NCBI GenBank assembly: GCA_002633005.1
Contig: NMRA01000138.1
Location: forward strand, 746,767 to 801,177
Source of the DNA: Phoronis australis
Taxonomy: Eukaryota; Animalia; Phoronida
Length of the DNA: 54,411 nt
Direction: 5' to 3'
The notes under the pieces are model-generated. The model did no database searches. It worked only from the letters and a program-made list of their open reading frames with translations, and was not told the DNA's origin. Made by a program: the position numbers and the translations under genes. Shown in pieces: positions 12,464 through 23,861 of the stretch (position 1 is the first letter of the stretch; each line of letters starts with the position of its first letter).

Positions 12464-13892
12464 CGTGCCAGTGCTAAGAAAAAACAAGAAGGCGCCGTCA
12501 TTTGAAGAAACCAATTGCATCTAAAGTGAAAATGACAGAAATTTTTTGATTTGTTTTAAACTGTCTTGCTGTAACATTTTTCGCCCATCGATCCTACCAA
12601 ATGTAATAACGATACCTTTCTGAAAATTGGTATACATGCAAACTGGTCCCTATCGGTCCATCATGAAATACCTGTAACTCTCACATTCTAAGGTTTTAGC
12701 CTCAATGCAACACATACGTCAAGCACTTGTCCTCATATGCAAATGACAATGAAGTCGCCGTCTTGTGTCTTAGTTATTATGTGAGAATGGATGGTCATTG
12801 TAGCACATGGCAAAGTTTGAGTTGCAATACTGACACCGACCACTGGTAGAAAGGTAAATCACTGATGTCTGCGCATCGTATCGTTCTTCCCTCAGTAATC
12901 GTTCAGTAGTGCCTGTCATTTTGGAGTCGCTCATTCATATGCAAAGCATTTTTCTACCTCCGCAAAAGAGGAAAGTTCAATCCAGGACGGGCCTATTGAG
13001 CGTGAACATAACATATTTGACTATTAAACGTCATGTCACACGTCGAGTCAACTCTTTTTTATCGGACATATGTTGTAATGTGACACACATTATTTTATTG
13101 ATTAAACGTTATCAGGGCGTGAACCCGACATTTTCGTCGAGAGCATTAAGAGTTTTTTTCAAACATTTATTGTAACAGACAATTATAATACAAACGTACA
13201 TAAACATACATAAACATTTACCAACCTTATAGCTATGCTAAGTTCCATTTTTCGTTGTGATTTTCTAATGTACCATCACAGCATTAAGAGTTACTTGAAG
13301 CTTGTCGAAACAATTTCACGGACGGTAATTTAGAAAACCGTAACAGTGTTTTTGAGATTTCATCTTAAACATTTATATCGTACGAACTTTATTCATCTCA
13401 GTGATCCTGTTGTTTTGTTATGAAAGTACCTTTCGTTTTTACTACATTTTGCTAAAAAGCACGTGACCTAACTAATGACAGGTTGACATTAAATCCAAAA
13501 TCAAATACCATGGAATTTGCCTTTCAGAAAATATCTCCTTTTGCTGAAACTCTACCGTTTTGTATTTAGTTGGCTAAATGTAATTAACAGATTTACATCC
13601 TCAGGTCACTGTTTACTGTATAATGAGGTAAATACTGTATAATGAATAAGTAAATTACACCAGTTCATAATTAATAGCATACGTAAAATGAAACCAAAGA
13701 CTAATACGCGGTTATTTTGTTTTTCTTCACAAAACTGTAATAGACAAGCATGTTCGTACAACATGTTTCTATATATAGAACAATAACTTAGAATAAATAA
13801 ACACATTATTGTAAAAACAACCATAAATAAACAAACAACAGTAACATCCAAATTTTCTTCTTCCTCTAAAATTCTGTACTCTGATCATGACT

Positions 13893-14716
13893 TAACAGAC
13901 TAACAATTTCTTCTTTCTGAAACTTAACAAAAGTGCCAGTTTTTGAAACTGTAAACACTAATTTAATAAAATTTATATGAAAGACTTTATTCATCTGAAA
14001 GATATTTACAATTTGAATAGACACTACACCTTCTTAAATTTGGATTGACACTATCTGATCAATTCGACCACTATACCTTCTTAAATTTGGATAGACACTA
14101 TCGTATCAAGTCCACTATAACTTCTTAAATTTGGATAGACACTATCGGATCAATTCCACTATAACTTCTTAAATTTGGATAGACACTATCGGATCTATTC
14201 CACTATACCTTCTTAAATTTGGATAGACACCATCGTCTCAAGTCCACTATACCTTCTTAAATTTGGATTGACACTATCGTATCAAGTCCACTATAATTTC
14301 TTAAATTTGGATAGACACTATCGGATCAATTCCACTATANTAACAGACTAACAATTTCTTCTTTCTGAAACTTAACAAAAATGCCAGTTTTTGAAACTGC
14401 AAACACTAATTTAATAAAATTTATATGAAAGACTTTATTCATTTGAAAAGATTCATCTGAAAGATAATATCAATTTACAATTTGAATAGACACTACACCT
14501 TCTTAAATTTGGATTGACACTATCGGATCAATTCCACTATACCTTCTTAAATTTGGATAGACACTATCGGATCAATTCCACTATAACTTCTTAAATTTGG
14601 ATAGACACCATCGTCTCAAGTCCACTATACCTTCTTAAATTTGGATTGACACTATCGTATCAAGTCCACTATAATTTCTTAAATTTGGATAGACACTATC
14701 GGATCAATTCCACTAT
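13893..14716. other. Probable haplotype-overlap assembly duplication across the single N at 14340
   Basis: Sequence from 13893 restarts at 14341, immediately after the N. Confidence 0.75.
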
Positions 14717-14957
14717 GCCATCTTAAATTTGGATAGGCATTATCGGCTCAAGTCCACTACACCTTCTTAAATTTGGATAGACACTATCGGCTCAAGTCCA
14801 CTACACCTTCTTAAATTTGGATTGACACTATCGTATCAAGTCCACTATAACTTCTTAAATTTGGATAGACACTATCGGATCAATTCCACTATGCCATCTT
14901 AAATTTGGATAGACACTATCGGCTCAAGTCCACTATACCTTCTAAAATTTGGATAGA
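14021..14957. repeat. 44-bp minisatellite (CACTATACCTTCTTAAATTTGGATAGACACTATCGGATCAATTC) in two blocks split by a duplicated flank
   Basis: Period 44; blocks ~14021-14339 and ~14490-14957; no spacers. Confidence 0.95.
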
Positions 14958-15162
14958 TGATATGATTCCTATCTCACGTTTCTGTCACAGGGTCTACAGT
15001 TGTAAATAATTAATGGATTTGGGAGAAAACTATTAAGCGCAAGTTCCGTGTAGGTACGTTAAATGGTTGTCATGGCTGTAAAGCTAGATGTTGCACTGTT
15101 TTGGTGGAAGCCTCCCATTTGGCGTACGCTACTGTCTAATGGTTAAAAAAACGTTCCGTGGG

Positions 15163-15369
15163 TTAGTTGGAGTCGAGGGCAAGGATCTCAGCAACAAGTG
15201 TGAAATAGACCACCCCGGTTGCCATGGCCTTATAGGCCTCCTTCGTATCCTTACAGCTATTTATTTGGTCCATCGTCTGTCTGGCCTTTATTACTAAGTG
15301 ATGTTTGTGTTGAGATCTCTTTTGTTGGCGAAGCTGGCACTCCACTTTGGCTAAAGATTGTTCGGTTTT
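15163..15369 (-). CDS. Terminal exon of the orphan gene (KTEQSLAK...LALDSN*)
   Basis: tgtttcag| phase 0; ORF 15163-15378. Confidence 0.55.
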   Translation of the reverse strand, partial: KTEQSLAKVECQLRQQKRSQHKHHLVIKARQTMDQINSCKDTKEAYKAMATGVVYFTLVAEILALDSN

Positions 15370-17919
15370 CTGAAACACAACGCAGGAGAGTTAAAGCTGC
15401 ATTTCTCCGCTGTTTAGTTGTCAATGTTGAATTCTTAATTGAAGCGCTCTGGGTTTAAAAAAACATTCCCGCGTTCGTCCGATTATGAATTATTGCTGCA
15501 ATTCGATCTTCTCGTTTTAACATGATAAACAGGATGAAATGCAGCTTTACATTTGTCATGTTCATTAATAATTTTCAGTTGAACCTTATTATTGAAGGTA
15601 TGGCAAAAACAAACAGTAATTAGCGTATCGAATGTGAAACACAACCATAATTATGAATATAACCGTGACGTATACGGGATTTAGATCTTGTCGGCGTTCA
15701 TGTGCCCTGTCAGTCGACCAGAAGGCAGATCGGATGTCTGATCCACCGTCTAAAAAAGTGACACGTTGAATGCTCGCTTCTTATAGTCCAACACCAAATA
15801 AGAGTGGGCCTACTGAGAGTGAAGGGAAATTGGTGATTGTGTGTCTTTCTTGTATAAATGCCGTAATCTTATTTAAGACCAACATAATTTATAATATCAC
15901 ATTCCGGTTTCAACTCCATATTAACTAAAGTGGTTTCCTTTGTAGGACTCGACACCAAGTCTTACACGTCACATAGCTTTCGCATTGGCGCCGCCCCATC
16001 AGCGGCCAGCCGTGGCGTCCCTGAACCGGTGATTCAGCGCATGGGGCGCTGGAAATCTGACGCACTAAAAACTACATTCGCATGTCTGCTTTTTCCTCTT
16101 CCCCAGGCTTCCTGAACTCCTGGTGAGCCTGTTGTTGCAGCTCCCCATTTCTCTCACTTTACTTTTCAGCCCCCCGGGGTCTGTGCTTTCAGCCCCCTTG
16201 GTCAGGTCTGTTGTTGCAGCCGGCCTCCTCCCGTTCGCAGGGCTGTTGTTGCAGCCTGCGGCCAAAGGTCTGCAGTTGCAGGCTTTCAATTTCTAGTCAT
16301 TAGTTCTAGTTACCTTTACTTCCATTGTTGCATTTTGCTTAGTGGTTTGTTATATTCTAGTTTTTTATATTGTAGTTTTTTTATGTTATAGACTTTTGTA
16401 TTCAAGTTTTCCGTTATACCATTATTAGTACCTATCTTTTCTCATAGTCTAACCTTGTTATTACTCGGGTTCCGCTTCCTCGATGTCAGCATTCCAATGC
16501 TGCCATTATGGCGTTTTCTCCATGCCATCTCAGTTGCAGAGTCTTATTTAGTTTTATCTATTTAGGACATAATGAATGACATTATTCGCAATCCTCCTCT
16601 TGTTTTACTCTGCAACATAGCTCGTGGCGTACCCCGGGCAAAATAGATTACGATAAATTAAATTTAACCTGTTAAATGCATTTATCGGCATTATTTTGAC
16701 ATTTGTCACTTTATTTTGATATCAATCCTTAGGGTTTATTTTTCATTACTCATCTCTATTTATAGCCTCAAGGGCCTACTTTTGTATTTATACATTTTTC
16801 TATGCGCCACCTGATTGGTCACCCATATTCCCTTTGTTCAGTTCAACGTGGTTTAGCTCATTCAGCCACCTACCTCGTCGTCTGCAGGACCTACGTTCGT
16901 TCTCTGCATTTTTTCCCACCCCCTATCCCGGGTGTCTGTTCCACTTTTTTCTTTTGCTCATATACACTACCTGTTAGGTATTTTCAAGTTTTGTGTTCAT
17001 GTTCTGTACTTTTTGTACTTTTTCTTTAGGCCCTTCAGGCAGTTCTTTTGTTTTGGTTCCCTCTTTCAGGGTTATTCATTGTACACCCCGGTGGGCTTTT
17101 TCTTCATGCCCATCTTGCAGAGTCTTATTTAGTTCTTTCTATTTACGTCATAATAAATGACATTATTCGCAACCCTGCTCTTGTTTAACTCTGCAACATA
17201 GCTCGTGGCGTAGGAAGGGCAAAATAAATTACGATAAATACCGTAATTTTATTTAAGACTAACATAATTTATTATCCATGCTAACTCCATACCATTACCT
17301 TCAGCTGGAGACTTTGCTGGTGAATTATATCATCTTTGCTTTCTTTTTCCTTAACAAGGTCTTGCATTTGGTTGTTGAGCATCTTTTCATTTTCTTTCAT
17401 CTTACTGACTTGGTCCAGCAGCAGTTGATTGTCGTGCTGTAGGTGTTGTATTTCATCTTCCATTTTCGCAAGGACTTCCTGAGACTGCAACTTCTCCTGC
17501 TGCAAACCGCAAAGTTGGTCATTCATTACGGCTTGGTCGCGCTTCATAGCTTCTTGTTCTCGCTGCACCATCTAGAAAGAATTGTTGCAGGTATTTTGTT
17601 TTGGTTTAGTGCTGACTGGCATGCTTGTTCCTTGTTTTTAGACAATAGACCTATATGTGAAACAGTTGTAAATCGTAACTTCTTGAACTTGCTGTAGAAT
17701 AGTTTTCCCGTAATTCAACGAGATGAATGGCAATGTTCTTCGTCTGAATTCGACCATTTCTTTAAAAAATTAAAAATTTTAGCCTACTGAAGTTTGAAGT
17801 TTACTATAAATTTGCTATTTAATGCAAATTGTGCTTAATTTTGTTCGACATGCAATCTGCGTACAAAATGAAGGAATTATTACCTCAACTGCTTGCAACT
17901 TAGCCAAAACCCAGTCCAT
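15163..17919 (-). CDS. Uncharacterised spliced coiled-coil protein gene (~171 aa)
   Basis: Coding exons 17919-17884 (MDWVLAKLQAVE; exon begins 17930), 17571-17299 (91 aa, Q/E/K/L-rich heptads) and 15369-15163 (68 aa + TAA), all phase 0 with canonical GT-AG sites; upstream donor AAG|GTAAGA at 18199 suggests a 5'UTR exon. Confidence 0.65.
15391..15550. mobile_element. MITE with AGCTGCATTTC TIRs, flanked by TTAA/TTAC (Kolobok-like)
   Basis: TTAA-AGCTGCATTTCTCCGCTGTTTA ... TAAACAGGATGAAATGCAGCT-TTAC. Confidence 0.7.
15896..17239 (+). mobile_element. 5'-truncated tyrosine-recombinase retrotransposon (DIRS order, Ngaro/PAT-like)
   Basis: YR C-terminal motifs followed by two ~125-bp direct repeats (16533-16658, 17115-17239), matching the B1-A2-B2 split-direct-repeat 3' end. 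Confidence 0.8.
15897..16095 (+). pseudogene. Tyrosine recombinase C-terminal fragment, frameshifted
   Basis: FNSILTKVVSFVGLDTKSYTSHSFRIGAA...IQRMGRWKSDA; adding one A in the run at 16067-16071 restores KNYIR with catalytic Tyr codon TAC at 16073-16075. Confidence 0.88.
17299..17571 (-). CDS. Coiled-coil exon of the orphan gene (MVQREQE...SLQLK)
   Basis: ctttctag| ... AAG|gtaatg; 273 nt; ORF 17281-17571. Confidence 0.75.
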
Positions 17920-19890
17920 GTTAACTTGTCCTGAAAACAGATAAAACTTAATCACAAACAGATTAGTTTAGGGTAAAGTGGTAAGTTCTGCTTCTTCAAA
18001 ACCTGTTAATGAATTTCGTCAAAAACGGCGTTAACTATGAAAATTTTAGGCCACGTTGGCCACTAGTATTGCCAAATTGTACTGAACGAATACATTAAAA
18101 TATTGAAACCCTACCCAGGTAAATTCGTTCTATTTCTACGCACCATTATTATTTTCTTAAGAACCACTACTCAATATACAGGGTATTACATTTCTTACCT
18201 TGTGGACAGAGTGAAAAGAAACGAAATTCGTGAATCGTACTCGCCAGAATAGAATTGAGGTGCGTGCGAAAAATTGCATGGCTTACGAGAGAAAACAATG
18301 ATGTTCATTAGTAAAGAATGATGTTCATGATAACGCAAACAACAGTGATTCGTGAAGGACGAACTTTCTCAAGAATTTCATGAGTACAAAGAGTCCTATT
18401 ACTTGGTTTGCTTGTAATGCGTCGGCGATATCTTGCAAAATTTTGCGTTTTGCAAGGGCCTCACACTTCTGGACGTATCAATTCTTTTTATAAGACACAC
18501 TCAATATCTGAGTTCCCCAGACGTGAAGTCGGTGAGCACGGTTACATGTAGCAAACGTCGCCATCAAGAAGAAAGAATCCTTTGATCCTTCCAAATTCCT
18601 GTCCTTTGTCCTGTGCTGTCAGGAATTCAAGGTCTGGTCCATCTTGTATTTGGCCTACGATTCTTCCTTGTAAATGTTAATTGTTAACTTACTAATTTAA
18701 ACACAAGCATTTTCACGTACGTACACAAGAATTAGTTCTAAACAGTTGCGCATTGTTTTTTGGCTCTGCGCCCATACATATACCTGGCAATCCATCTTGT
18801 CGTAACGTTAATTGTTCAACCTTTGAGATAGAGACAGTCTGTTGTTGGCCACCTATTTGGTTGACGCTCGCGTGACTGACCGATGATTGGTGGTCCTCGG
18901 CCTCATGAGGGGTGTCTTCAGAAGAGGAGTGGTCTTAACGTCAATAAATAAAAAATATTATTGAGATACATGGGGACATCTGTGAAATTTGAAAAAATTA
19001 AAATTATTCATTAAGTCGAGTTGAATGAAATATTGCTATCAAGAATATATTAATGTTACTTTATCCGTGTTTTTGTCAAACTAACCATTTTTCAATATTA
19101 GATATTTTGCTTTCACAGTTTTATCTTCAAATCAATCAAGCTAGTGTCCTAAAGACAAGTTTTCAACGATTCGCCTTTATAAACGATTTGTAATCAACTT
19201 TTGAACCGGATTTTTCCTCCTACGGGTCAACTCAGCGAAGCATGTAATGGTGCACATGCTGATGGGCTGACCCTTTTCAGCCGCCGGGTGAAGTATTGGT
19301 TGCCATCAGATATAACGAGTCGCCATGGAGGCTATTTTTACACTAAGTATAGGAATTAAACTTTGATAATGGGATTAGTAATCTCCAGGTTACCCTAAAC
19401 AAAGTACGGTGTTAGGAGTACAGGGACTATCTTTTCAGGCCGGACTGTGTCGTTGACGCACAACTCTTTAGGGCCGCGCTCAAACTTCGGATCAATATGG
19501 TGTGTCACTTTAAAATGTGCTATACCAAGATGTAAAGGATCTGAGCAGTTTCTGTAAAAGTCGTAGTTCTAAGAGAGTTTCGTTGACATGCAAAAACAAC
19601 TGTCTGTTCATTTTGCACCATACATTAACAAAATGTAGCACTCCTAATGAGCAACAGAGGCAAGAACTTGATTACCAAGTTTCGGTTATTGTGTCGCCTA
19701 TTATTAAAGAACCGAAGATCTCATCTCTCGCCAGGCATCATTCCCAAGACGCAAGCAAATAAGTGCAAAAAGGCAGATGACCGTGGCCAACAATTAATGG
19801 AAAAGGATACTAATAATCTGCTGCCAGTATCCGGTTGTTTATAATTCTGGTAAAGCGAGTCTTTTATATACCAAGGTGAAGACATTTATA

Positions 19891-20210
19891 GTTGGACAAC
19901 TGGGTGAACGTTACACTCGTAAATTACGTACGTAAATTAATAATCTTTAGCGACGTAAATTAATGATTAACGGCGTAAATTGATTCTTTACGGCCACAAT
20001 TTCCTGCGTAAATTAACTATCGTTAACAGCGTAGATTGTCAATGGCGTAATTAAACGCCGTTAATAGTTAATCTACGCTGCAAATCATTTACCTCGTAAT
20101 GAATTAATTTATCCCGTAAAGAATTAACTTACGCCGTTGAAAGTTGTTTTACGTCGTTGACAAGAATAATTTACGCACGTAGCGTGCGTAACCTTCAATC
20201 ACTTGGCCAA
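19891..20210. mobile_element. Foldback/MITE-like imperfect palindrome with internal CGTAAATTA subrepeats
   Basis: Left ~100 bp (GTTGGACAAC...TTCTTTACGG) is approximately the reverse complement of the right ~100 bp (CCGTAAAGAA...TTGGCCAAC). Confidence 0.7.
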
Positions 20211-23200
20211 CGACAGATATGAACTGCCATCAGGCGCCAAGGGGGCATTCGCTCTGTTCTTGCACTCCCTCACTACAGTGCACTGCGATAAAGAAGAAAG
20301 TAAACACAACATTCTTATGACATAAATCGTTCAAAAAGAGAAGTTGAAAACTTCTCATGAAAGTAATTTTATGATTTGATATGGAAAATGAAAACGAAAG
20401 TGTACAGTGCATATTTTTATCATCAAAATCGATATTTGACCCAGTTCGTAGTTTTGACTTGTTTAGGTGCATGACTATTTGTATTATGAATGGTTAAATA
20501 AACTATCTATCCATCTATCTATCTGTCTACATTTTGTACTTGTAAACAATCGACGGTTGGGGCGGCCCGGGTCAATGTTTCCCCCTCACTGGCCGTGATA
20601 CCAGGGCTGCAGTCCATTGAGCACGTTTCTTGCGAGAAAATGGAGATCACATAGGTCTTCGTAAGACATCGCCGTGCATTAGAGACTAACTAAGCGACCA
20701 CACTAGTTCTACTTGCAAATGTGATGTGTCGATCTATGGAACGCGCCCACTGAGTACTGAGTCATGTCCATACTCATTTACGTTCGAAGTATGTCCCGAA
20801 AATGATAGGTGCGACGCAAGCTCCGCTTCTAGAGATAAAAAAGGAGACCGTATACAGGTGAAAAATAAAGGAAATTTATTATGACTGATAACGGTACAGA
20901 AGCATAAAATAATAATCTCTGGAAAGATGGCAATAAAAAGGGCCACAAGAGATGTGAAGACAGCTCATGTCCATCTGCAGGGACGCACCGAAATAAAAAT
21001 AAGCGAGGAAATAGAGGTATTGTGTAGATTCACATACTTACAGAGTGTCAGCTACTTAACCATGTTAGATACAAAATAATTTAGACCATGCAAACATATT
21101 CGGTTAAATTTGATCAGTTTAGGATGCAACATGGCAGACAAGTGGAAGTTTGTTTTACATCTTTTCATAAAAGAAAAGTTGCACCAAATAAATGCTTTGT
21201 CTATTTTAATCTATTCTATATATCATCGTGCAATATTTTGAGAAAGTTTGGGCATTCACAAGATTTTTAAACAGGGGAAAGTTAGTGTTGGTAATTACAG
21301 TAGAGATCTTTACAATAATTTTGAAAAGAGAAATAAATGTATAGGCCCACCTTCTGTACTTTCTCGGGTTATTTTCATCTCCCTTATAAAGGTCACTGTC
21401 TGGTGGCCTCCTCCAATTTGAAATGTTGAACCCTCAGCATAACTGTTGACAACATTAGTGGTTCCGTCTTCCATTGTTTCCGACTTGGGCTAATAAATAA
21501 GTCAACACATGTACATAATTTAGAGTTTGTGACATTAATTATTACGGTATTTTAGATAAACTTATTAGATTTCTTAGATAGCAAAGTACAGCCGTGCAAG
21601 ACAATATTCAAATTAAGGTGCCACTAAACCGTTAAAGACAGTTCTGTAATTAATGGATTACGTTGATCAACAAATTGATAATGATCGTTGACAGGCTCAC
21701 CCCATTCATTATTGCTGCTACAAAAGACAGTTATGCGTCCATTCTCTACGCGTACTTTTGACATGCGTATATGATCCTGTTTGGATCTCCTTACACAGTA
21801 AGATTTTTGTCGTTCATGTAAGAAATATTGTGAGGGTAGATATGACGCTTAACTTTCTTGTTGCTTTAATTCCCTGGAACCAAATTTTCAAAACATAACT
21901 CAGTAAAGGGATTGTGAATTCTACGTATTGCGTCACATTCTTTTAGCGCCCTTTTGTCAGTTCTCGGGGGTACTCCCATGCAAGAGGTAGATTATACAAG
22001 ACATGCCGTGCTTTTTCTCGACCATTCACATCGACACGGGGTCATCTACCGCAAACGTCTCTACAAAAGGAGTTCGCTTAAGGAATTTCCTTTTGCAACT
22101 GCACAACCTAAAAGAAGTGTTTTCAACACTGTTAACATTCATTATTGACCGTAAAACATGGCATCAATTTTTGGACCACAATCTCTACGAAGAAATGGTT
22201 ATGAGGTTAACTGGTACAAAAGTTTGTTCACATCTTCCTCGAAAAAATCCCGGCAAAAGGATGACTTTTTCAGGAAAGCTACCTACAATGAATTGGTCCC
22301 TCAGTTTCCACTTTACCAGTATCCACTTGGCCAATATATCCTAAGTATTTCCTAGCTGTAATCCCCGTCAAAAATGCAGTCGAATCGCCAGACAAATGTC
22401 AGTCAGAGTGCTTTGTGCTACTCCTTTCAGCGGTTGTATTACACTAACATATAAGTAATTTTGAATACGATTGACGACTTCTCAACGTGCCGTTATTGTT
22501 GCTGAAAATGCGCCAGTCGAAGTTTCAAAGCTTATATAGTACGTGGTACGGTGCCCAACACATAAGTTATAATTGAGCAGTTTCAATAAAAGGAAGATAC
22601 AAAAGACAGTCTTTGTTAAGTCTGAGAAGTGTTACGATCACAAATGACAAAGAAATTCATGAAATTCTTACCGCAAATGTTTTTGTGAACTATACCTTCG
22701 TCCGGTATCAATAACCTGGCGTAGTAACATAAAGGGTCTATTTCTAACCCCCTTGCCAAAGCTTTGTTAAGAAGGGTGCGGTGTTGCCTCCGCGGTGTTA
22801 TTTTTTATGGAATTAGTCTTTTTAACACTGAGTGGTGTATCCCACAGGCTGAGAATGTTAGCGTTTTTGCATTACTCTTCCAAGAATAAATATTGTGACA
22901 TGGACATTGTTTGTTTGTGATAGCTATCAGGCTATTTAGTGGCACTGCAATAGAGCAATTAGAGTAATTTGGCTATATGCCCAATGGAAATTCCCGTACT
23001 ATAAATATTGGGTGCCTTGTGTGGAAAGCACCGCCGGGAAATTTGTACATTCATGCCAACTTCGGCCTAGGTATGATCTCCCAATTCGAAATTCTTTGTG
23101 GGCGAAACAAAATCGCCTAGTATGTTGCTTTGCCGTGAAGTTTTTTAAATACTAAACATGTAGGATTTTTTGTCCGATAGACATGAAATTTACACATAAG

Positions 23201-23401
23201 GTGTGTAAAAAGCTTATGGCCTCTTGTTTTTCATCATAATCAGGTTCATAAAGCGGACGTGGCGGCATTAATTTACACTATTCATCAGAATTGGCGGTCG
23301 CAGTGCCCGTGTGGTTGGGCTAAGGTCTTGAGATGTCAACCACCTAATATTTCTTGTCACGGTTTTGGCCGTGGGTTGAGGCAAGCTCATTCTTACAAAA
23401 T

Positions 23402-23625
23402 ATCACACCACAAATTGATAAAACAGATTTCTGAATACTGTTGATTTGTAAAAATGCGGTACTTATAAAGATAAATATCAAAAATTAATAACAACATAAT
23501 TTTCGCACATGTTTTGTTAATGTGTATATGAACAATGTTTGTTGCAATGATAAATGACATTTGTTTATTAAAAACTTCTTTCATCTACAATGTTACACAA
23601 AGCTAAATTACTTTCTACCCACTAG
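23402..23625. repeat. Diverged third copy of the ~280-bp junction repeat
   Basis: ATTTCTGAATACTGTTGATT...TGTTGCAATGATAAATGACATTT...TTTCATCTACAATGTTACACAAAGCTAA aligns collinearly with ~26180-26420, roughly 70%. Confidence 0.7.
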
Positions 23626-23861
23626 TCTACAAAGTTCACAAATTGTGTCCCTAGAAATACACATTCCACATTATGATATATTAAGAGGGTTCGACAGTTT
23701 GACAACTAAAAGCAGCAAGACAGTTCAGAGTTGATAAACTTACGCAACCTTTGAATATGATATTCTGTTTCAAATAAAGAGATTAGTCATTTTTGAGAAA
23801 TGTTGATTTTGCGTCGAGTTTTTGATATTTTATGGTGAAATAATGAAGCACGACGGGAAAG

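Noticed and set aside
14021-14957. Regular repeat array resembling CRISPR
   Set aside because: Units are contiguous 44-bp copies with no unique spacers, no cas genes, and the context is eukaryotic
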